The position numbers were made by a program, and so were the translations under genes. Below the pieces are notes generated by a model that saw only the letters and a list, made by a program, of their open reading frames with translations, was not told the origin of the DNA and did no database searches. From Schizochytrium sp. TIO01 (taxonomy: Eukaryota; Protista; Bigyra: Labyrinthulomycetes), in assembly GCA_004764695.1 (NCBI GenBank), contig SMSO01000032.1, positions 1,674,001 to 1,738,000 on the forward strand: a stretch of 64,000 nucleotides of DNA, in the 5' to 3' direction. Position 1 is the first letter of the stretch. Every line of letters starts with the position of its first letter. This document shows positions 1 to 9,600 of the stretch, in pieces.

Positions 1-1312
1 CCTTCTTTTCCTTCTTGGAAGGGGTCTCGAAGGCTGCAGCATCGCCATTGCTGGAGGTCTCCTCCTTGGCGTCAGTGGCGTTGGCAGAGAGGTCCTTGCG
101 AGCCCAGTCTGCCGGTGTCTTTTCGTTGGGTCGTCCGTACTTATCGAGGAGGCCGTCCTTGACCATGGCCTTCTTCTTGGTAGCGACGGGTCCAAGTCCC
201 CATCGGCGCGGGTAGGTATCTCTCTCCATGATGACACGCTTGATCTTGGCAACAACACCGTGGTCGACGGTGGCCATTACTGCTGTGGTCATCTCGGCAA
301 TGCCGACGGCGATAGCCTCTCCCTTGGTGGTCATGAGCACGACCTCCTCTCCGTTGCCGATGTCATCCGCAAAGCGGAGGAGACCCGGGATCATGAGCTT
401 GGCTCCGTAGCAGATAGCGTTCACAGCGCTATCCTTGACGACAATACGCTTCATGCCGGTAAGCAAAGCCTCGAGGGGCCTGACCACACGGCGCAAGTAG
501 GTCTCGTCCTTGTTGTTGTCGTACTGGTACTGAGCGTCGAGCACGTCGTGAAGGGTGACCATGCCATCATCTTCAGTAACAGCACCGGAGCGCACGCGGC
601 GAAGCTCGGCCATGTGAGCGCCGACACCGGTGATGAGACCAAGGTGAACACAGAGGGTACGGATGTAGGTTCCGGCAGCGCATGAGACCCAGAAGACACC
701 GAGGTTGCGCTCCTGGTCAAACTCAATGAGCTTAGATTTGTAGATGGTACGGATACGAAGCTGACGCTTGACAGCCGAGATAAGAGGAGGACGCTGGAAG
801 AGAGCACCGGTGAGAGTCTCGATTGCCTGAGCAAGCTTGGCCTCAGAGTCTATTGCGCTGTGCAGACGCACGACGGCAACGTACTCCTTTCCGGCGGACT
901 GCTGAGACTTCACGAGACGAGTCGCGCGGTCAATACAGACGATGAGACATCCGGTAACCTTGGGATCGAGAGTACCGCTGTGGCCGGTCTTCTCGACGCG
1001 AAGGATGCGGCGCACCCAGGCGACGACCTCATGGGAGCTGGGGTTTGAGGCCTTGTCGAGGTTGATGTAACCGGAGGTGACGTAGTCCTTGATGGGACGC
1101 TTGAGAGGGTTGTGGCCGTTCGGGATCGGGGTGTAGTGAGAAGTACGCACGTTGAGCTTGTCAAAGTTCTTGAGCAGCAGAGGCCAGTCGCTGGTGTCCA
1201 GAGATGGCGTCTCGCTAGAAGGCTCAATGGTGAAGGCACCCTGCAGCTGTTGCTCGCCAACAGAGTCAGAGGCCGAGGCGGAGGCCTCACGTTTGGCGGA
1301 CTTCTTGCCCAT
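1..1312 (-). CDS. CBF5: Dyskerin / H/ACA snoRNP pseudouridine synthase (3' end outside window)
   Basis: Manual minus-strand translation from ATG at 1312: MGKKSAKRE...[26 protein letters not shown]...[62 protein letters not shown]...[18 protein letters not shown]...KKEKK. Contains the catalytic GTLDP motif; N- and C-terminal parts are in the same frame. Absent from the ORF track because no stop codon lies in the window. Confidence 0.97.
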   Translation of the reverse strand, partial: MGKKSAKREASASASDSVGEQQLQGAFTIEPSSETPSLDTSDWPLLLKNFDKLNVRTSHYTPIPNGHNPLKRPIKDYVTSGYINLDKASNPSSHEVVAWVRRILRVEKTGHSGTLDPKVTGCLIVCIDRATRLVKSQQSAGKEYVAVVRLHSAIDSEAKLAQAIETLTGALFQRPPLISAVKRQLRIRTIYKSKLIEFDQERNLGVFWVSCAAGTYIRTLCVHLGLITGVGAHMAELRRVRSGAVTEDDGMVTLHDVLDAQYQYDNNKDETYLRRVVRPLEALLTGMKRIVVKDSAVNAICYGAKLMIPGLLRFADDIGNGEEVVLMTTKGEAIAVGIAEMTTAVMATVDHGVVAKIKRVIMERDTYPRRWGLGPVATKKKAMVKDGLLDKYGRPNEKTPADWARKDLSANATDAKEETSSNGDAAAFETPSKKEKK

Positions 1313-3036
1313 GGTGGAGGCGGCGGCGTCGAGGTTTAGCGGCGACGACGACAGCGACGGAGAGGGTTTGTTTGATAGAGAGAGAGAGACCCTCCTCGAG
1401 CAATTCTAATCAATCAATCACTCAATCAATCAATCAATCTCTCTATCAAATATAATCACAATCAATAAACTCCACCTATCAGTATACAATTGCTCTATAG
1501 ACCTTCACAGTCAATTGAATGGATATAAATAGACAATCGCTTCTATTGCAAACTTGTTATTATCCACCTCACAAACTCTATCATCATCTCTAGGAAGACG
1601 CCGCTCCCCATCCAGCCATTCGTCTCTGCTTGTGCACCTTTGTTCTATCGGGTGTTCTTTCAAGCAGATAGAGTGGAACGGATCATAGAAAACTTCATAG
1701 TGTCAACTCCAGGGAACGCATGAAGCAGACCGCAAATTGGGCGTAATATGGCGGGCATAAGTGGAGCTAGGGTAGTGTTAACAGGAGGAAATGAATGAGT
1801 GGAATAGGATTGAGTTCATCAATCGATGCAAAGCAAGCCAAGACTGGAGAAAGGAATGTGAAGAACTTGAAGAAGAACAAGATGGAGTGCCTAGGTACTA
1901 GGTAACACCTAGGCAGATATTGATAATTAAACAATTCCTCACCAGGGAGGCTGGCAAGCGTTAGAGTTTTTTGATAGTAGCACCCTAATAACTACTAGTA
2001 GAGCATGAATTGGCTTAGAATTGGTGAGTCAATACGATTAGGACGCCAAATGAGAAACTCTGGTTTACAATAATGATGGACGATAATCTTTAGATATATG
2101 TACTTTGGCTCAGGATTCATCAGCTCGACAATCAATATGAGGTGATAAGCGAAGCATCGACAAGACAGGTTGAATTAAAAAAGCGCACTTAAACTTCAAA
2201 TTTGGGAAATGGGAATTCATTCAATAAGTGCTTTGAGCCATATCAAACTATTCCTAAAAGTTGGTAACTTTTTCAAGGACTTGGCAAGCTTATCAACAAT
2301 TCCTTGTACAGTTCTCCTCAAAGTATAAATTTCTATGAAATAATGCAGCTTGGTGGCTATTTTGAAACTAGGCATCATAATACTACCTTTTCAGAGGATT
2401 ACAAAATAAAGTAGAGCTTGGCCTCAACAAATACAAAGACTATACGTATCTTCCTTTCCAGTGAATAACAGTTCAATCACATCATGTTGGCTTGGAATTA
2501 CACAGAATATTTTCATTTATTCTAGTCAAAATACAAAGCAAAAACATGAATCTAATTAAGATCGTCAGATTTCCTGATTATCAGAGTTCCTTCGCACTTT
2601 GCTCGGGCTTCAAGTTGAAGCATCTCATTCCCTGAATAATTTATAGTTTTTTGAGATATGAAAGCAATTCCTTGTGCTATATCAAGTTGGCGTTATGCTT
2701 CCTATCTACCTAGTAGTCCAATAGACACTTTGAGGGCACTCTATAACTCGCATTTATCAAAAGAATACAAGTGCCATACAGACGATGAATGGTGGGCGCC
2801 AAGGGGTCAGAGAGTGATTTTGTAAAATTCGATATATTAGAGATAGTAATGCGTTCCTGATCGAATCGGTTACTAAAGTTCCAGTATACCCCCTTCTGTG
2901 GGTGGCCTCGAAGCCTTGCCAAAGCAGAGTTCGCGACCTTGCGCAGTCTAGGCCGTGCGAACTGAGTCTTAAAACGCAAAGGCTGTCGCGGCCGAGGGTT
3001 CTCTAGTAAGTCAAATTACGAACGGAGAGAAGCAAC

Positions 3037-5806
3037 ATGGCGCCTAAATCCGTCAAGAACTCTGGCGAGAAGGCGGCCAAGAAGCGGTCCCGCGACGAGA
3101 TGGCCAAAGAACCCAACAACGTCTTGGACGGCTTTGGAGACGCCGAAGACGCTCCCACGATTGCAGATGCAGGCACAGAAGACTTCGACGGCGGCAAGAA
3201 GGGCACTGGTAACAAGAAGTCCAAAAAGAGCGGTGGCTTCCAGAGTCTTGGACTCAGTCGCAATGTTCTGAACGGTATCGTGAAGCTCGGTTACAATGTG
3301 CCGACACCGATCCAGCGCAAGGCACTCCCCGTAGCACTCTCAGGACGAGATGTTGTGGCCATGGCGCGCACAGGTTCTGGTAAAACAGCAGCCTTCCTCA
3401 TCCCTTTAGTAGAGAAGCTTCAGTCCCACTCCTCCGTCGTTGGTGCCAGAGGAATTGTTCTTAGCCCAACTCGAGAGCTTGCACAGCAGACGTACAGATT
3501 CGCCATCAAAATGGGTAAATTTACAACACTTCGTGCGTGTCTTCTGCAAGGTGGAGATTCGCTCACAGCACAGTTCGAGGCTCTTTCCAATAACCCTGAC
3601 ATCATCGTGGCCACGCCTGGCCGTCTTGTCCACCTCCTCGCGGAGGTTCACGATCTCAGTCTCAAGCGCGTGGAAATGCTCATTGTCGATGAAGCTGATC
3701 GTCTTTTTGAAATGGGTTTCGCTTTGCAGCTCAAGGAGATCCTGGACAAGATTCCTGAACAACGACAGACGCTACTGTTCAGTGCCACTATGCCTGTACA
3801 GCTCATGGAGTTCACACGGGCAGGCCTTCAGGACCCAGAGCTCATCCGTCTCGACGCGGAGCACAAGATCAGTGAAAACCTTAAGCTCGCGTTCTTCATG
3901 ATTCGCACGAAAGAGAAAATGAGCGCTCTTGTGCACCTCATTACAGAGGTAATTCCTAAAGACGATTTGACCATCATCTTTGCTGCAACGAAACACCATG
4001 TGGAGTATGTTAAGGACCTCCTCTTGGCACGTGCAAACATTAAGTGCAGTGCAATCTTTGGTTCTATGGACCAGTTTGCACGCCAGAGCAACCTCGACAG
4101 TTTTCGTAAGGGACTCACACGAGTACTAGTCGTGACTGATGTGGCAGCCCGCGGAATTGACGTACCTCTGCTCAACAACGTAATCAACCTCGAGTTCCCG
4201 GCGCAACCAAAACTTTTTGTTCACCGTGTTGGACGTGCTGCTCGCCAGGGTCGGTCGGGTACCGCATATTCCTTTGCAACTCAAGATGAACTTCCGTATG
4301 TCGTAGATCTTCATCTTTTTCTTGGACGCCGCATGCGCGGTTTTGATGCTGTGCACGACGAAGACGAAGTTGAGGTTGACCGCACTCTTGCAAAGTACGA
4401 TCTCAAGAACATGACTACAGACGATGTTGATATTGGCCGCTTCCCTCAGGCCATTTTGGATCATGAAACAGAGAGAATTACTGCAATTGTAGATGACGAC
4501 CCCGAGCTTCATAAGCTTGCAAAGGTTGTCGATAATGCCCACTCCCTCTATGTGCGTACACGGAAGGAGGCCTCGCATCGGTCGGTAAAGCGCGCAAAGG
4601 CTATTGGAACGCAGCCTCGCGTTCATCCTATTCTGGCAAACATGGATGGAGCTGAGACGAGCAACATCGATGCTCAACTTCGCGTTCTTCGTGGTTTCCG
4701 CCCCGGCCTCACCGTTTTTGAGCTCGAACACTCCAAAAACGGTCACAAGCTCGGTGATGCTGCGATTGCTATGAACAAGAAGCGCCGTTCGCACGGAGAA
4801 ACTATCTTCAAGGAATACAAACGCCGTGATACCCAGGAACAAGCTCGCCGTGCTGAGGAAGCTGCCCGGGAGGCTGCCGCTAAGCAAGAGGCTGAAGAAA
4901 AAGATACAGATATCTCTCGTCTAGCTGCTGCTGCTGTCACTAAAGAAGAAGGTGACGAGGAAGAAGGCCCCCAGCGTCGCCGCCTCTCCAAGGCCGAGCG
5001 TAAGCGCCTTAAGAAGCAGGGCCAGCCTGTTGTGGCACCCGTCGTCAAGAATTCCTGATCACGATGCCGAAGAGGAGGAAAGCAAGTCGATGGTCAAGAC
5101 CTTAGGCAAGTATGATTCCTTAAACACCGGTGCTTACCGCGACGAAGGATTCATTCCGTCTGTGCCGCAAGACTATGATGCGGCAGCAAGTTTGCATCTA
5201 TCTATCGCCAACTCTGGTCGTCGCGATGACCAGCCCTCTCAGGCAAGTCGTCTGGAGGATGCTCTCCTTGACATTGTCCCGGATGACCAAAACGACATTA
5301 TGTCCAAACAGCGAACTTACCACTGGGATAAGCGCAAGAAGAAATACGTGAAGGCCTCAATGGAAGAGCACATTGCAGCCAAACGTATCCGCAATGAAAG
5401 TGGTACCCTCATTCGTGTTAAGAACCGGGGCGAGCTGTACGAGAAATGGCAGAAGAAAACACGCAAGCGTGTCTCCAACGCTGGTGGCGAGGAAGGTGCT
5501 TCTGGTGAAGGTGGAAAACTCAGTACCAATGTGCGTTTGCTGTCTCGTGCTGCTCGTGACAGCGCAACGGAGGTTCCGAACTCGCACATTTCCGACGAAG
5601 TTAAGGATGAACAAACTATTCGCAAGGAGCGTAAGGAGAAGCAGAAGCGTCGCGACCGCAATGGCCCCAAGTCTATCAGGTCTGCAAACAGCAAGTACAA
5701 GAAACCCGAACTTCCGTCCAAGCGTGCCAAGGGCCAGGCCTTGGACAGCCGCCATGCTCGCTCTCGTATTATTGTCAAAAACAAAAGCCCGCGCGGCAAG
5801 AAATAA
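3037..5806 (+). CDS. DBP10: DEAD-box RNA helicase DBP10/DDX54 (60S biogenesis), split over two frames (3037-5058, then +1 frame ~5057-5806)
   Basis: ORF1 has GGFQSLGL, PTPIQR, ARTGSGKT, PTRELA, TPGRL, DEAD, SAT, ARGID and HRVGR motifs. The +1 ORF carries the DBP10 C-terminal signature (WDKRKKKYV...KRIRNESG...GELYEKWQKK) and a basic tail. Joined length is about 922 aa. Confidence 0.93.
5047..5062 (+). other. +1 frame discontinuity AAG AAT TCC TGA T (candidate programmed frameshift or single-base assembly error)
   Basis: Frame 0 ends K-N-S-stop; the +1 frame reads I-P-D-H-D-A-E-E-E across the same bases and stays open to 5806. Confidence 0.8.
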
Positions 5807-6609
5807 ATCCACCCTTCGTAGTTCTCTCTTTAATGTTTGTAATGCCCTTACTGTTTTCCTGTTGGCATCCTTCTTGTTTTCTTGTCAATCCCAAATTAAC
5901 ACTGGCACTGAATCCTAGTGATTTTCAAATTTCATGTCTTGGTTGGTTTTCTGAGACTGAAATTAACCTGCAGACAAAATTCGTTCAGTTTCTACTTCAG
6001 GCTCTGACTTCACGAATCACCAATTTCATTATTTCTTTTCGGGGGTGATGACTTAGAGTTATCAATATCCTTCTTGTTTAGTTTTGTCTGCTGATGTTGT
6101 TGTGACACGGCGAATGAAACTGAGCACCACAATGATGAATTCCAAATTTCAAGGCATTCTCACTTTTATTTATCTTTTTCTTCAACAAGATAAGTTTATC
6201 ATAGCTAAGAAATCAATATTGGTTTAGCTAAATTTATTGGCCATGAATCAAATGATTCTGCACCGAGCATCGCATCACAAGACGACATTATAATTTATTT
6301 ATTTGTACAATTTTAATAATAATTAATGTTTTCCAAGTTTTAATATTTTTTTACTTTTTTATTTCTTTGTTGATTTTTTAAAGTAATACATGTTTACATG
6401 GACTTACAACGGACAAATCGGGATGTGGTCCATACTACTTTCATTGACTATCACGGTACCAGGGCAAATAAATATAGATAAATGAAACAAATTTCTTGTT
6501 CTAGCATATTCCTTGAGTCTACAATTGAATAAAGCGTAACAAAAGAACAGCCGAAGTGTCTCAGGAAGAACTTTGGCAAGAAGGAACCCTTGCGATGCTG
6601 TGACGGTTT

Positions 6610-9600
6610 ATGGTTCTTGAAGTTTACTCGGGCCAAGCAACGCTTGGCTATAAGAAGGCCTCAAACGACCGAGGCGAGGGCCTCGGGCGGGCATCGGGCA
6701 GAATACTAGAATCGAAAATGACATCGAAATCTCCGGAAGGGCGTGAAGGAGCAGGCCGACGGGAGCGTAGAGCAGCAGAAAAGGAGTATCGTGACTTCTT
6801 GTTTGACGTAGAGAGCTCTGCGAAGCGCATTTTGCGAGATGTCACGAAGCGAAAGCAAGCCGAGGCAGTTCGAGCAAAATTCCAGGCACGCCAGCAACAC
6901 GACACTACAAAAGCGGGCTCAAAACGACCTCGGCCTGGACAAAGTTCCTCACCAGGAGGCAATCGACCAGAGGTTGGTAGTCGCGGAGCTGACGAACAGG
7001 AAAGACGGCTTGCTCTCCCAGAAAATGACCGTGAGATTACCTTGGAGATTCCATTACCAAAGAAATTTTTACCACCAAAACATGGAACCCCTTCCAACAG
7101 AGACGCCGGATATACCCAGTCATTACCAGACTTGAACTCTCCAGCAATGTATAAACCCAAATCTACCAGCACTGCCGCTGTAATTATTGCCCGTGTGAAG
7201 CAGAAATTAGCTGACTCGCCTTTGCAGCCTAAATCTGAAGCGTTCTTTGCGGGTCAATCAAAACAACAGCTACAGAATGAGAGAGCTATTCAGCAACAAG
7301 AACGAAGTCGTGAGCAGGAGCACATGATGGCTCGAAAACCAAAACTTGTGGATGTTGTTTCCAAGAATTCAGGTAATATTATTAAATTGAAAGGCCACTT
7401 TGCTCCTGGCACAGTACCCCCACGTGCAGAACACGCCGTTCCCCGCCGCCTTGCATTGTCAGCATGGTTGAACCCAAATAAGCCTTCGGCTGTAGACCGA
7501 GGATTAAGTGACCATGCCCTGAAAGCCTTGACACAGGCCAACGAACTTCAAGGACCCACAAATTGGGCATCCGTAGACTTGAGAGGCAAGTATCGAGATG
7601 AAAAACAGCGTACACAAGCATGGATGGCTAGTTTAGAAAGACTTGCTGAAGCAGAACGGTTGCAGCGCGAGCAACAAATTTATATTCCTGTAGTCACAAT
7701 TGGAGAACACCCTGTGCATATTGACTATAAAGAGTGGATAGTAGAAGAAAATATCGATGCCGCCAAACGCGCACGTGCGCGAAATCGGCTTAAAACATTT
7801 GCTTATGATCTTCCAGTTATTTGGAATGCAAATCGACCTGAAAATCCAATTTTAGAATTAGAACATCAAGCAGAAAACGCGCAACGCGCTGGAGACAAAG
7901 CATATCCTCCTGTCACCCGAGGAGTAAATGGTGTTGCTGGACGTCGGGATGTACTAGCACATGAAGGTCACAACTGTCAAGTACAGTCGGTGACTCCGGA
8001 GAGAGCTATCGAAGGTGCAGTTCGCGTCAGTGAATTCCTGAAACACAGTGGATCAGAGTCATCTCTTGTGCAGAAGAAGCTTGAGGAAATGCAACGTTTG
8101 CGGAGTGAGGCAAAGTTGAAGTCAGGAGCAAGTGTTTTAGAGCGAGTACAAGCTCGCGAACGCAGATTACACCGGGCGCAAGACTCTAATGCCATCTTTC
8201 GTGCCATTGTTTTAGGACGATCTGACGGAACCATCATGGAGGGATCAACTTCTGAAGCTGATGCAGACGCTATTCTAATTTCTGTTTTTAAGGATGAAAC
8301 GTCTTACGCACTGCAGGCATACTCTTTTTCGGATTCCTCAGAGTTTGCCACGGATGTTCTGATTGAAGATTTTGAGAGAATGATTCAAACAGAAATCGAT
8401 TTACGCGCTCATGAGCAAGATGATTTAAAGGCATTGCATGAGGAGAGAATGTATATTGAAAGTGAAATGCGACAGGCTCGTGAAACAGAAGCCAGAGAAC
8501 ATGAAATGGCTCTTTGGTGGTATGCTGCAATGATTGCAGCTGAAAGAGCTCATTTTCAGACATCAGAAGATGTTTTTGCTGAATTAGTAGGCTATTCTTA
8601 CAGTGAAGCTCGTGCGAGTGCTGCTCGGGTAGAACAGCTCTTGAAACGTAATTTGATATCACCAAAGCTCGCAAGTGTAGTACATCGGCAATGCATTCGT
8701 GTCTCTTATCTGCGTGCACGGGTTGCAACCGGGGAGGTATGCCCATGTGCACTTATCGCCGCCCTGGCAGCTGTTGAAGAGCAGGACCTTGATAGTACAT
8801 GCATTGTATTGCATTTACGAAGATTAGACAATAAGTATTTGGAGCCCTTTGGCTTCTGTTTCTCTGTGAGCGCCCTGCGTAAATGGATGCAAGATACAAG
8901 TCTCATCGAACAAATTGACCTTCCTCCTCCTCAGCTTAAGTGGTGGCTCTTGGCGTCAGAGTGGAGGACTCAACTCTTTAAAATTCTTTCGAGTTATGTG
9001 AGTATAGATTTAGAAAGCGGACGGTCATTTATTCCAGGCCTTGAGCTTGCTCAGGGAGCTTTACAATATGAACGTATGCGTAGAGCCACAGAATCAGTAC
9101 AAAGCGCTATACTTGATCTTCCTGAGTTGCCACCTTTAGATAGCTTGCCAGCATTAACTTCTGAGCAGGCCATTCAGAAGGTCTTGTTCAAAGGTTTTGG
9201 TCTTGTACAACGACTCTGGGAACGTAAACGCATGCAGACAAGGCGTGATGTCAAATCATTGCAGCCAGGAGATCTTGAAGCTTCCGGGGAAAACATTACT
9301 GTCATGGGATTTTCAAACGATTTGCCCATGGCTTTAGCCATCTGTGGTCGTCGCTTTGGAGATCCTAATTACATTGGTTGCGACCCTCCATCGACTTCAA
9401 TGTTAGGTCGTACCATTTTAACTCCTGTGTTATTTACAAGGGACCCCCAAATTTCTTCGACAAACTCTGTCACATGTGTTTTAATGACGGCATTGGATTC
9501 GCCAATTCTAGTTCCGATTCTACAAAGTTTTGATCCAAGACAACTTCAACCTGTTGCGGCCAAGGAGTATCTTGACTTGCCCAAATTTGCTATCTTAACC

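Noticed and set aside
5000-5072. GTAAGC...AAG intron that would restore the DBP10 frame
   Set aside because: Purine-rich acceptor with no pyrimidine tract or branch motif, and it would remove the plausible basic segment RKRLKK. Not excluded without cDNA.
6045-6123. C/D box snoRNA-like GTGATGA...CTGA
   Set aside because: No convincing terminal stem and no rRNA-complementary guide that I could recognise.
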